From the NCBI GenBank assembly GCA_964581635.1, contig CAZOPH010000005.1, positions 1-38,439 of the forward strand: 38,439 nucleotides of DNA, written 5' to 3'. The notes beneath the pieces were generated by a model. That model had not been told where the DNA came from, ran no database searches, and was given only the letters and a program-made list of their open reading frames with translations. The translations under genes and the position numbers were made by a program. Shown here piece after piece: positions 27,057-36,527 of the stretch (within the stretch, counting starts at the first letter, position 1; every line of letters starts with the position of its first letter). Origin of the DNA: an uncultured Smithella sp. Lineage in GTDB: Bacteria > Desulfobacterota > Syntrophia > Syntrophales > Smithellaceae.

Positions 27057-28379
27057 TCAGTTGGCCAGATTCTTTTTCATGATATGCCAGCTTTTTAAAA
27101 TATCAATGGCCGTCTTTAGCTGATTGTCTTTGGTCAAATCAGAAACCTCTTTGAGGCCATCCACGTTATTGTTTTCCTCCAGCCGCGTGCCGTCTTCTTT
27201 GGCCGGTTTAATATGTCCCTTGAGGTCCTTTTCCCGGAGTCTTTCCTCCAGAGGATTTTCAGGCTCCTCGGACGGCTTCACCAACTTTACGATAATGTCG
27301 GGTTTAATCCCCTCGGCCTGTATCGATCTGCCCTTGGGCGTGTAATACCGGGCGGTCGTCAATTTCAGTGCGGAACCGTTTTCCAGGGGAATCACCGTTT
27401 GCACGGACGCTTTGCCGAAGGTCTGTGTCCCCACAATCAGCGCCCGACCGTTATCCTGCAGCGCACCCGCCACAATCTCCGCCGCGCTCGCCGTGCCTTC
27501 ATTCACCAGAACAACCATGGGAACCGTAAATTCCTTGCCACCATTATCCCGGGCCATTGTTTTGGTTTCCATGTTTTTCGCTCGGCCACGGGTGGAAACA
27601 ATCATACCCGACTTTAAAAACATATCAGAAACTTCAATAGCTTGATTCAAAAGTCCGCCCGGATCATTTCTTAAGTCCAGTACCAGTCCCTGCATCGGAG
27701 TTGTTTTCGCACTCACATCAGCCAGCGCTTTGCGAAGATCATCGGATGTCCGCTCATGAAAGGATGCAATACGGATATAAGCGATATGGTCATCGAATGT
27801 TTTTGATTTGACACTCTTAATCTGGATCACCGCCCGTGTCAGAACGATGTCTTTGGGCTGTGTCATATTTTCCCGCAGAATCGTAATGGTGACTTTCGAG
27901 TCCTTCGGGCCGCGCAGCTTTTTCACGGCTTCCATGATGGTTATATCTTTTGTAGATTTGCCATCGATTTTGATGATCTGATCACCGGATTTAACACCCG
28001 CCTTAAATGCCGGGGTATCTTCAATGGGAGAGACAACGGTCAAAACATCTTTCAATATTGTAATTTCAATGCCGATTCCGCCAAAACGCCCCTGCGTCTC
28101 CACTTCCAGTTCCTTATACACGTCCGGCGTCATAAACGCACTGTGAGGATCGAGGGATTTTATCATGCCATTGATCGCACCCTGAATCAAAACAGACGAA
28201 TCTATTTCTTCCACGTAGTTTTTCTGCACCATATCCAAAACTTCGTTGAATGTTTTAATCTCTTTGTAAATGTTCTTGTCCCGTACAGAAACCTTGCTGT
28301 CGGAATACGGTCCAAAAATAACAAAAAGTCCAAAGATGATGATGACGAATACTGGCCATTTACCGGATATATTTTTCAT
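27057..28379 (-). CDS. ctpA: C-terminal processing protease CtpA/Prc (S41A family)
   Basis: Likely start ATG 28379; LDPHS, GGIGIEI, PDZ domain (SPIEDTPAFKAGVKSGD), LDLRNDPGGLL, catalytic GTASAAEI and TFGKASVQ, TTARYYTPKGRSIQ..GI.PD. Confidence 0.95.
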   Translation of the reverse strand: MKNISGKWPVFVIIIFGLFVIFGPYSDSKVSVRDKNIYKEIKTFNEVLDMVQKNYVEEIDSSVLIQGAINGMIKSLDPHSAFMTPDVYKELEVETQGRFGGIGIEITILKDVLTVVSPIEDTPAFKAGVKSGDQIIKIDGKSTKDITIMEAVKKLRGPKDSKVTITILRENMTQPKDIVLTRAVIQIKSVKSKTFDDHIAYIRIASFHERTSDDLRKALADVSAKTTPMQGLVLDLRNDPGGLLNQAIEVSDMFLKSGMIVSTRGRAKNMETKTMARDNGGKEFTVPMVVLVNEGTASAAEIVAGALQDNGRALIVGTQTFGKASVQTVIPLENGSALKLTTARYYTPKGRSIQAEGIKPDIIVKLVKPSEEPENPLEERLREKDLKGHIKPAKEDGTRLEENNNVDGLKEVSDLTKDNQLKTAIDILKSWHIMKKNLAN

Positions 28380-28546
28380 GTGCAGCCTCACTGTAAACAA
28401 GGTATTTTATTTCATATAAAGAAGAACTTCAATTGGAGGAAGTATATACCATTGCCCCTTTTTTTCCCATATATTTCGGTAATCAGGAAAGAAATATTAA
28501 GAACACTTTTATGGATTGGACGTGGAAAAATCGGCAGACTTACTTC

Positions 28547-30016
28547 CTACTCGATCGACCAGGTTGTCCGGCCTGCCGAATCCTTCAACGTAATATTTTG
28601 CAAAGCCAGTTCTTGGCGGATCTCGTCAGCCCGGCTCCAATCTTTTTCTCCACGGGCCTTTTGCCGCTCTAGAATCAGTGCTTCTATTTGGGAAACATCC
28701 AGACCACGCTTCCCGACTTCAATGTTTCGGTCAGCATGAAAAAAGATATCCGGATCAGACTGAAAAACACCCAGCACAGAACCAAAATGCGTAAATATAC
28801 CTGCTGCGGCCTCCAGAATGACCCGTTTGGCCGGCAGGGACATCTTCTTTTCCGCAGTCATCACGTTATTGATCAACCGGGCAGCGTCAAAAATATATCC
28901 CAGAGCCTGCGCCGTATTAAAATCATCGTCCATCGCGGCGTCAAATTTATCTTTCAAATCGTTTAATTTACTGACGTACTCCTGCTTGGCAGGCAGAACC
29001 GTCTCTTCCCCTTGAGCAAACCCTGCCCGAGTTTCTTTCATCAGTTGTAGGGCGGTATAACAACGAATAAGAGCCGTTCTGGCTTCCTTGAGTGACGCAT
29101 CCGAATAGTCCACCGGCGAGCGGTAATGGCTCTGGAGCATAAACAGGCGTAGGGCCTCGGGATGATATTGTTTGATGATATCCCGAACCGGAAAGATATT
29201 CCCCAACGACTTGGACATCTTCTCCGCGTTGATTTTGACAAAGCCGTTATGCATCCAATAGTTAGCCAGGGGTTTCCCCGTTGCAGCCTGGGACTGAGCG
29301 ATTTCATTTTCATGGTGCGGGAAAACCAGATCTTCACCACCCCCGTGAATATCGAAAGTTTCACCCAAATAACGCCGACTCATGGCCGAGCACTCAATGT
29401 GCCAACCCGGCCTGCCCTTTCCCCACGGACTTTCCCAAAAAGGCTCACCTTCCTTGCTCTTTTTCCAGAGGACAAAATCCAGCGGGTTTCTTTTCTTGTC
29501 GTTGATGTCCACACGGGCACCAGCCATGAGGTCATCCAGATGACGTCCCGACAATCCACCGTAGGCGGGAAAGTTGTTGACTGAAAAGAACACATCGCCG
29601 TCCACAACGTAAGCGATCCCTTTGTTTTCTAATGTTGAAATCAGAGCGATCATATCCGCCATATGTTCTGTGGCCTTCGGCGTCACGGTCGGGGTTAAAA
29701 CATTGAGCGCAGCCATATCTTCGTCATGCAGTTGGATATACCGTTCGGCTATTTGATCAATACCAACACCTTTTTTATTTGCCCGATCAATGATTTTATC
29801 ATCAATATCGGTAAAGTTTTTGACATACGTCACGTCGTAGCCGCGCGCTTTCAAGTGCCGAAAGATCACGTCAAATACCACTGCGGCGCGGGCATGACCG
29901 ATATGACAAACATCATAGGCTGTAATGCCGCAAACGTACATACCAATGACGCCTTCTTTGATCGGTTGAAGGATTTCTTTTTGTCTTGTTTTCGTATTAA
30001 AAATTTTTTGGGGCAT
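28547..30016 (-). CDS. cysS: Cysteine--tRNA ligase
   Basis: MYVCGITAYD, HIGH, NFTDIDDKII, DFVLWK, GRPGWHIECS, DIHGGGEDLVFPHHENE, KMSKS. Confidence 0.98.
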   Translation of the reverse strand: MPQKIFNTKTRQKEILQPIKEGVIGMYVCGITAYDVCHIGHARAAVVFDVIFRHLKARGYDVTYVKNFTDIDDKIIDRANKKGVGIDQIAERYIQLHDEDMAALNVLTPTVTPKATEHMADMIALISTLENKGIAYVVDGDVFFSVNNFPAYGGLSGRHLDDLMAGARVDINDKKRNPLDFVLWKKSKEGEPFWESPWGKGRPGWHIECSAMSRRYLGETFDIHGGGEDLVFPHHENEIAQSQAATGKPLANYWMHNGFVKINAEKMSKSLGNIFPVRDIIKQYHPEALRLFMLQSHYRSPVDYSDASLKEARTALIRCYTALQLMKETRAGFAQGEETVLPAKQEYVSKLNDLKDKFDAAMDDDFNTAQALGYIFDAARLINNVMTAEKKMSLPAKRVILEAAAGIFTHFGSVLGVFQSDPDIFFHADRNIEVGKRGLDVSQIEALILERQKARGEKDWSRADEIRQELALQNITLKDSAGRTTWSIE

Positions 30017-30031
30017 ATTGATCTACTTTCA

Positions 30032-31072
30032 TCAAGGATAAAGCGGGGCCATCTGCAAACCACTGTCTTCAGGCAGAGCACAGATCAGATTCATGTTCTG
30101 CACGGCTTGTCCGGCCGCTCCCTTAATCAAATTGTCAACAGCGGAAATAATAATCACCCGTTTGGTCCGTGGATCAACCGTTAAACCGATATCACAGTAA
30201 TTTGATCCGCATACAGACGAGATATTGGGATACGTTCCGACAGGGCATATCCGCACAAACTTTTCCGTTTCGTAAAATGATTCATACAGAGCATGGAGAT
30301 CCGCCGGTGAAATATCTTTTTTCAGCGTCGCATAAACCGTGCTCAAAATACCCCTTTTTACCGGCAATAAATGCGGCGTGAATGAAATAGCAAATTCTGC
30401 CCCGGCCAACGCATTTACCTCCTGCTCAATTTCAGGCGTGTGCCGATGCTTGCCGACTTTATAGGCTTTAAATCCGCTGTCCACTTCGCAAAAAAGTGAA
30501 CCGATCTGGGGGTCACGGCCTGCACCGCTCACACCGGAAGCCGAATCGGCAATGATCGTGGATAAATCCAAAAGATCGTTTTTCAGCGCAGGCGCCAGGC
30601 CCAGAATGATACTGGTCGGATAACAACCAGGATTGGCAATCAACTGAGATTTCTCGATTTTCTGCCGGTAGAGCTCAGGAAGCCCATAGACCGCCTGCCT
30701 AAAAAGATCGGCACTGCTGTGCTTGGTGTACCATTTTTCGTAAGTAGCCAGATCCCGCAAACGATAATCAGCGGAAAGATCGATCACCTTCTTGCCCGCC
30801 TGAATAAAGACCGGGGCAATATCCATTGAAACGCCGTGCGGAAGAGCCAGAAAAACGACATCGCAGAGCCTGGCAATCTCCTGGGGACTGGCGTTTGAAT
30901 ATTTCAGTGATGCCAAACCAAAAAGCGAGGGAAACACTTCCGAAACCTTCACGCCGGCATAGCGCCTAGAGGTAACGGCTACCAATTCCACCTGCAGATG
31001 GCCGGATAAAATCCTGATGAGTTCCTGCCCTGTGTAACCGCTGGCTCCGAAAATTGCTGTTTTAATTTTCAT
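30032..31072 (-). CDS. argC: N-acetyl-gamma-glutamyl-phosphate reductase
   Basis: GASGYTG, FLALPHG, IDLSADYR, ANPGCYPT, SGVSGAGR, HRH.PEI, FTPHLLP..RGI, DNL.KGAAGQAVQNMN. Confidence 0.97.
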   Translation of the reverse strand: MKIKTAIFGASGYTGQELIRILSGHLQVELVAVTSRRYAGVKVSEVFPSLFGLASLKYSNASPQEIARLCDVVFLALPHGVSMDIAPVFIQAGKKVIDLSADYRLRDLATYEKWYTKHSSADLFRQAVYGLPELYRQKIEKSQLIANPGCYPTSIILGLAPALKNDLLDLSTIIADSASGVSGAGRDPQIGSLFCEVDSGFKAYKVGKHRHTPEIEQEVNALAGAEFAISFTPHLLPVKRGILSTVYATLKKDISPADLHALYESFYETEKFVRICPVGTYPNISSVCGSNYCDIGLTVDPRTKRVIIISAVDNLIKGAAGQAVQNMNLICALPEDSGLQMAPLYP

Positions 31073-31081
31073 AAAAACTCC

Positions 31082-31109
31082 AAAAAAAAGGGAGGCCTGA
31101 CAGCCCCCC
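31082..31109 (-). terminator. Intrinsic terminator after rpsI
   Basis: Minus strand: GGGGGGC TGTCAG GCCTCCC TTTTTTTT, 8 nt downstream of the rpsI stop. Confidence 0.75.
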
Positions 31110-31117
31110 TCGGATGT

Positions 31118-31510
31118 TTAGCGTTTGGAGAATTGGAATTTCTTGCGGGCTCCCGGTTGTCCATACTTCTTTCTTTCCACGACCCGGGCGTCACGTGTTA
31201 AGAAACCTGCCTTTTTCAGTATGGGGCGTAACTCGGCGTCATATTCCAGAAGGGCTTTGGAAATGCCATGTTTGACAGCTCCCGCCTGTCCCGCAACGCC
31301 ACCACCGCCGACATTGATATAAAAATCAAACTGATCGTTCTTACCCGTAATATCCAGAGGCTGACGAATAATCATCTTCAGGCTGGGACGGGAAAAATAT
31401 TCCTCATAATTTCTCTTATTAACCACGATATTGCCGCTACCTGCTTTCATATAGACACGGGCAATAGCGCTCTTTCTCTTACCTGTTGCATAAAAACGTT
31501 GTACTGTCAT
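31118..31510 (-). CDS. rpsI: 30S ribosomal protein S9
   Basis: Start ATG 31510 after GGGAGAAG; [50 protein letters not shown]. Confidence 0.98.
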   Translation of the reverse strand: MTVQRFYATGKRKSAIARVYMKAGSGNIVVNKRNYEEYFSRPSLKMIIRQPLDITGKNDQFDFYINVGGGGVAGQAGAVKHGISKALLEYDAELRPILKKAGFLTRDARVVERKKYGQPGARKKFQFSKR

Positions 31511-31559
31511 GACTTCTCCCAATATCAATAATAATCAATTCTTCAGGGTTTGAGGCAAA

Positions 31560-31988
31560 TTAAACCGCTAAGACCTGTGGACACTGAGCCTCATGTGGAT
31601 GCGCATTACCGCTGTAAACCTTCAGTTTTTTCAGCATTTTTCTTCCCAGATTATTTTTCGGCAACATCCCGGCCACAGCAATACGAATGAGATTTTCCGG
31701 TTTTTCCGCCAGCATCTTACCGGCGGCTGTTTCTCTTAAACCTCCCGGGTAACCGGAATAGGAATAATAAATCTTATCGGTCAGCTTTTTACCGGTTAGA
31801 ATAATCTTTTCGGCATTCACCACCACAATAAAATCGCCTGTATCGACATGCGGCGTATAAATAGCTTTATGTTTGCCCCGAAGGCGCAGGGCGATCTCGC
31901 TGGCCAGCCTCCCCAGTACTTTGCCGGATGCATCGACGACATACCAGTCTTGTTTTGTCTCTTCTGCCTTCGCTGAAAATGTTTTCAT
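31560..31988 (-). CDS. rplM: 50S ribosomal protein L13
   Basis: [66 protein letters not shown]. Confidence 0.98.
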   Translation of the reverse strand: MKTFSAKAEETKQDWYVVDASGKVLGRLASEIALRLRGKHKAIYTPHVDTGDFIVVVNAEKIILTGKKLTDKIYYSYSGYPGGLRETAAGKMLAEKPENLIRIAVAGMLPKNNLGRKMLKKLKVYSGNAHPHEAQCPQVLAV

Positions 31989-32023
31989 AATAAACCGCCA
32001 CTTAGTGAAAAATTTGAAAGCGC

Positions 32024-32052
32024 AAGCTATGCAATTCCCGTCTGTTTGTCAA
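32024..32052 (-). promoter_or_regulatory. sigma70 promoter of rplM-rpsI with GC-rich discriminator
   Basis: Minus strand: TTGACA (32052-32047), 17 bp, TAGCTT (32029-32024), followed by GCGC, as is typical of stringently controlled ribosomal protein promoters. Confidence 0.75.
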
Positions 32053-32104
32053 GAAAAATATTTGGATACCCTATAATCAGCTATGCCGGTCAGATCTGAT
32101 AACC

Positions 32105-32128
32105 AAAATGGCTAAAAGCTCAAGCCAT
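32105..32128 (-). terminator. Possible weak terminator after lptD
   Basis: Minus strand: ATGGCT-tgagctttt-AGCCAT then TTTGG, about 24 nt after the lptD stop; 6-bp stem, long loop, short U run. Confidence 0.3.
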
Positions 32129-32151
32129 AGAAGACAAATCCATCATTAAAT

Positions 32152-34380
32152 TCAAAATATACCTAATCCGGCCAGGGATACTTTCAGCATAATTCTATCA
32201 TCATCGTGTGTCTTGGTGTAGTCCATTCCCACCCCCCAGCATTGCTCGGTATAGGTCAGCCCAACTGTATTCTCCACAGTCTGATTGTTAAACTGATCAA
32301 GCCGAACAACTAATTTACCGCTTAATCGCTCGGTGATGACTGCTTTTAAGTCCAGATTAATCTCTTCAATGGAATCCATCGTATAACGGTATCCAAACGT
32401 CAGCTTATCGCCGCGCCAATCGTTGATGCCCAGATCATAGTTCATTTCTTTCCAGCCGCTGTAAACGCTATATTTATTGCGGGCCGCAAAAGAGAAATAG
32501 GGATGGGGCTTCAGATCAAGCTCGATACTGAAATCCGACATGGGCCGCCTATCCGTGGTTGACCCCGTCATATCTTTTTTAGCCTCGTTAATATCATACA
32601 CCTGAAACAGTTTGAGACGGAGCAATTCAAGATAACTGGGCGCGCCAGTTTTGTTTTTCACCCTGGCGGTTACCGTATTGGTCAGCGCCCAGGCCACCGC
32701 GTTTTGCTCCATCAAAGCATTTGTATTACTGATGGTATAAGACGTGAAAGGATCTATCATCGAACGGATTCGTGGCAAATAATCGGGAATATTGTCTTGC
32801 CGGATATTGGGAATATAGGAATAGACAATTTCTGGCTTGAGTTCATGACGGACTTTATCCCAGTTCTGGACATTGACATCGAAGACTCGGGAAAGCCGAC
32901 TACTGATGGACAGACCAGCGTTATAAACCGTCCGGTCGCCGCTCCTATTTTCAGAATTAGCCTGATTATCGTCACGATTCCAATAGATTTCCTGTACAGT
33001 GATTTGCGGTGTAATTTTCATGTAGTTGGAAATATTAAAAGGCAAAGAAACCGTCGGCGTAAAATCCACATAGTGCCCCTTCTGCCCTTCGCCCCTGTAA
33101 AAATAATCATAGTTGCCCGCAAATTCATAATAAACGGGCGTAGAAAAAAGCGGCTGTTTGATGCCGGTCAAAATGATTTCCGGATACTGCTGCAACGTCC
33201 GATCATTATTCACCGCTGCAAAATCGTCCCTGAAACTTACGCGAGTCATCAGCGTGTAGTTATTCCAACCCTTAAACAATCGGGCTGATGATTCCAGATA
33301 CGGGAGAGACTCCTTACCATGAAAAGGAACTTTCTGAAACGGGTCTGCCTCTGTAGCCGCGTAATTCGTCAAATAATAATTATGAGAGTTGAAATCACGA
33401 AAATACCAGGAATCGGAAACACGGCGCAAATCCGTCCGGACATAAAATTGTGAATCAAAATTCGTTTGATGATTCAAATAATAAGACCAACGTTTGTGTG
33501 TTTCCTGCCAGTCGCGACTCTTCGTGTCACTAATGGTTTCTGTGACGTGTTTGTTGTCTTCCATGTAGTCGCCGTAGAGTGTACCAAAAGACTGGTTGCC
33601 CACAAAATACCGGAATTCCGCCGCCTGTTGATATCCTCTTTTTTCAATATAGCGTGAATACAGGGTCGCATCCAGTTGAGGATTTATCGCCCAGAAAAAA
33701 GGAATCTCGACATCAACGCCGTCCTTGTCTCTTGAATAGGCCAGATAGGGAAGTAGAAATCCTGTCTGGCGTTTGGTTTTTGCGGGAAACGCAATGAACG
33801 GCGTATAAAACACCGGCGTACCTTTCGTCACCAGACGGGCATGCGTTACCCAGCCATACCCTTCGACGGTGACTTTCATTTTCGAACCCATCAACTGCCA
33901 GGCAGGAGAATCACCGTCGCAGGTTGTCGCCACCGGCTGTTCAATGGAATAGGTATTTTCGCCGGTTTTTTCGATTTTATCCCCTTTGATATAAAAATGA
34001 TTGCGTGCGTAAAAGGCTTTGGAGTTGTAGGCCGTACCGGTTTTGTCTTCCACATTCACTACGATTTTATCGCCTTGCAGAGAATCTTCGGTCATTTTCA
34101 AAAATGCGCCGCCCTCGGCGGTCGCCAGGTTATTCTTCCGATCATATTCAACGCTGGCGGCGGTTAAAACGCTATCGCCGTAATGAATGACAACACTGCC
34201 CTGGGCCAGATAAACATCGCGATCATTATCATAGGCCATGTTATCCGCTTCAATCTTCACCGGTGCATCAGCGGGCACTTTAATATCCTGAGCATAAATA
34301 TTACCGCTGACGCACAAGGCGATAATCGCCCCGGCAAACACTCTGATATATTGTCTCCATCTGATCGGCAAGTTCATCAA
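32152..34380 (-). CDS. lptD: LPS-assembly outer-membrane protein LptD
   Basis: Signal peptide, OstA-like jellyroll (IEADNMAYD, LTAASVEYD), TTC..D.PAW, P.FYTPF..FP....RQTGFL.P, PFFWAI....DAT, long beta-barrel ending EQCWG. Confidence 0.92.
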   Translation of the reverse strand: MMNLPIRWRQYIRVFAGAIIALCVSGNIYAQDIKVPADAPVKIEADNMAYDNDRDVYLAQGSVVIHYGDSVLTAASVEYDRKNNLATAEGGAFLKMTEDSLQGDKIVVNVEDKTGTAYNSKAFYARNHFYIKGDKIEKTGENTYSIEQPVATTCDGDSPAWQLMGSKMKVTVEGYGWVTHARLVTKGTPVFYTPFIAFPAKTKRQTGFLLPYLAYSRDKDGVDVEIPFFWAINPQLDATLYSRYIEKRGYQQAAEFRYFVGNQSFGTLYGDYMEDNKHVTETISDTKSRDWQETHKRWSYYLNHQTNFDSQFYVRTDLRRVSDSWYFRDFNSHNYYLTNYAATEADPFQKVPFHGKESLPYLESSARLFKGWNNYTLMTRVSFRDDFAAVNNDRTLQQYPEIILTGIKQPLFSTPVYYEFAGNYDYFYRGEGQKGHYVDFTPTVSLPFNISNYMKITPQITVQEIYWNRDDNQANSENRSGDRTVYNAGLSISSRLSRVFDVNVQNWDKVRHELKPEIVYSYIPNIRQDNIPDYLPRIRSMIDPFTSYTISNTNALMEQNAVAWALTNTVTARVKNKTGAPSYLELLRLKLFQVYDINEAKKDMTGSTTDRRPMSDFSIELDLKPHPYFSFAARNKYSVYSGWKEMNYDLGINDWRGDKLTFGYRYTMDSIEEINLDLKAVITERLSGKLVVRLDQFNNQTVENTVGLTYTEQCWGVGMDYTKTHDDDRIMLKVSLAGLGIF

Positions 34381-34435
34381 CCTTTTTTAATTATCTTGAA
34401 TCACAGCGAGAATAATCATAACCATTCCCTGCGCC

Positions 34436-35746
34436 TCAGGTTTTACACTGCGCGCTCTTGCGTGCGCCACGTTCCTTACCACAAGAAAACATTTGATGAA
34501 ATGTCTGTTTTACTTCTCCGGCAAGATAAAGCGAACCACAAGCGCAGATTAGATCGTTTTCGCCGGCGCATTGTAGCGCCTGCCGAACGGATGCAGTCAC
34601 ACTTTCGGGCATTCGGGCCGGATAACCCATACTTTGCAGAAATGTCGCCAGCACCTGAGGCGCAACAGCGCGCTTCGTCACAAGCGGCGGCAGAAAAGTT
34701 TTATGGGCCAGTGGCGCTATCTTGCGCAGCATCCGGCGATAATCCTTATCGGCCAGGGCGCTGAAGATTAAAATCAGCCGACGGCCCAATAAATCTTTTG
34801 CCAATACGCGGCAAAGCGATACGATGCCCGCCGGATTGTGCGCGCCGTCCAGCAGGAATACTGGATTTGACCGCAAGATTTCCAGTCGCGCCTCCCAGCG
34901 GGTCTGCGCCAGTCCCTTCTGAATGGCGGAATCACCAATCTGGTAACCCTTCTGACCCAAAACTTCAATAGTGGCCAGGGCCAGGGCCGCATTGGACAAT
35001 TGATGCGGCCCCCGCAGCGGCACGGTAAGCCGGTTAATTTTACGATTTTGTCCTTCATACGATATCGATTCATTCCGATGAATTTTCATTTGAAAATCAA
35101 TGCCGAGGCGCAGAAGCTCAGCCTGCTGCTTGTGGCATATCCCGCTAAAAACATCGATGACTTTTTTTTGTGTCGCGGCAGTGACACAAACTCCGTTTTT
35201 TTTGATGATTCCGGCTTTCTCACAGGCAATTGCTTCCAGTGTCTTACCCAGATAAGCCGTATGCTCCAAAGCGATATTGGTAATGACTGAAACCAGCGGA
35301 TGACAAATATTGGTGGCATCCAGCCTGCCGCCTAAGCCCACTTCCAGAACGGCAATGTCCACTTTACAACGGGAAAAATAAAGAAACGCGACAGCCGTTA
35401 AACATTCAAAATACGTCACCGGTTGCACAGTGCAATCTTTGATCTCGGCAATCAGTTCTCCCAGGTCCTTACGTGATATTTTTATTCCGTTGATGACAAT
35501 TCTTTCACGAAGATCGATTAAATGCGGCGACGTATAGAGACCAACTTTTAAGCCTGCTTTTTGCAAAATTGAAGCCAGCATGGCAGCGGTGGATCCCTTA
35601 CCGTTTGTGCCGGCAATTAAAACCGACTGAAATGCGTTCTGGGGAGATCCCACCCGGGACAACAGCCCGCGAATTGCCTCCAGGCCAAAGTGCATCACGT
35701 CAATATTCAGGCCGGAAAGGTAGGCGCTGGGATTAAATTTATTCAT
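34436..35746 (-). CDS. folC: Bifunctional folylpolyglutamate synthase/dihydrofolate synthase
   Basis: Likely start ATG 35746; IAGTNGKGST, GLYTSPHL....ERI, TYFE.LT, EVGLGGRLDATN, IACEKAGIIK, W.ARLE, LDGAHNP, CGSLYLAGE. Confidence 0.96.
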   Translation of the reverse strand: MNKFNPSAYLSGLNIDVMHFGLEAIRGLLSRVGSPQNAFQSVLIAGTNGKGSTAAMLASILQKAGLKVGLYTSPHLIDLRERIVINGIKISRKDLGELIAEIKDCTVQPVTYFECLTAVAFLYFSRCKVDIAVLEVGLGGRLDATNICHPLVSVITNIALEHTAYLGKTLEAIACEKAGIIKKNGVCVTAATQKKVIDVFSGICHKQQAELLRLGIDFQMKIHRNESISYEGQNRKINRLTVPLRGPHQLSNAALALATIEVLGQKGYQIGDSAIQKGLAQTRWEARLEILRSNPVFLLDGAHNPAGIVSLCRVLAKDLLGRRLILIFSALADKDYRRMLRKIAPLAHKTFLPPLVTKRAVAPQVLATFLQSMGYPARMPESVTASVRQALQCAGENDLICACGSLYLAGEVKQTFHQMFSCGKERGARKSAQCKT

Positions 35747-35759
35747 GGGGTTGCCGTCC

Positions 35760-36527
35760 TTATAGTTGGATGGCTTGACCATCTTCAATGATGTGGATTT
35801 TTTTATCGTGAATTGCCGTGACTTCGCGGCGAATTGCTTCGGCATACTGGGGCTTCATGTGATAAAGATAAATCTTCAGCTTTACGTCTTTCAATTTTTT
35901 CAACTCCCCCATGAGCGTAATCGGTGTGAGGTGCCCGGTTTGATCTGCAATGCCTTGCATACCACTGGGCAGCGATGTTTCTACAAATAGCGCCTCCAAT
36001 TGCTTCATCCCCCTGACAACTTTCCAGACACCCTCGGTAGGTCCTGTGTCACCGAGGAAAAGAACCGCCTTGCCTTTCGTCTCCATCATAAATCCTATGG
36101 TTTCCACGGTATGATGAACACCGATCGCCCGCACCTGCCAATCGCCCAATATTTTTTTTCTGCCGGGCGCGAGAATCTCAAACTTAATCAACGGCGCTTT
36201 GGTGCTGGGAATTTTTGAAAAATCCGGCCAGATAACATTGTTGAACAAATGGCGATGGAGACTTTCAATGATCCCCCGGCTGCTGCAGATCGTCAGCGGT
36301 CTTTTCCTTTTCGCGTAATAAAGATTATCCACAAGAAACATGATGTCGCGCACATGATCCAGATGAGCGTGCGTTACAAAAACATAATCGATGCGGAGTT
36401 GTTCTTCCAACGACAACACTGTTGTAACGGTTCCCGCATCTACCAAGATGCTTTTTTCAAGAAGGAAACTTGTTGTATTGTGATGAGGCAGTTGTGACCC
36501 GTAGCAACCCAATACCCGTATTTTCAT
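35760..36527 (-). CDS. Metallo-beta-lactamase-fold hydrolase, class II 3',5'-cyclic-nucleotide phosphodiesterase-like
   Basis: Start ATG 36527 with GAGGA SD; MKIRVLGCYG, TTSFLL, DAGT, THAHLDH (HxHxDH), FNNVIWPDFSKIP, HTVE, GDTGPT, ETSLP...A..TGHLTP, YHMKP. Confidence 0.85.
   Translation of the reverse strand: MKIRVLGCYGSQLPHHNTTSFLLEKSILVDAGTVTTVLSLEEQLRIDYVFVTHAHLDHVRDIMFLVDNLYYAKRKRPLTICSSRGIIESLHRHLFNNVIWPDFSKIPSTKAPLIKFEILAPGRKKILGDWQVRAIGVHHTVETIGFMMETKGKAVLFLGDTGPTEGVWKVVRGMKQLEALFVETSLPSGMQGIADQTGHLTPITLMGELKKLKDVKLKIYLYHMKPQYAEAIRREVTAIHDKKIHIIEDGQAIQL

Noticed and set aside
35747-35845. Longer ORF starts for folC (35845), the phosphodiesterase (36635), pal (21847), ctpA (28400) and the last plus-strand gene (37234)
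   Set aside because: These overlap neighbouring genes or promoters, or extend beyond family homology. Downstream ATGs fit family N-termini and, in most cases, have clear SD sequences.
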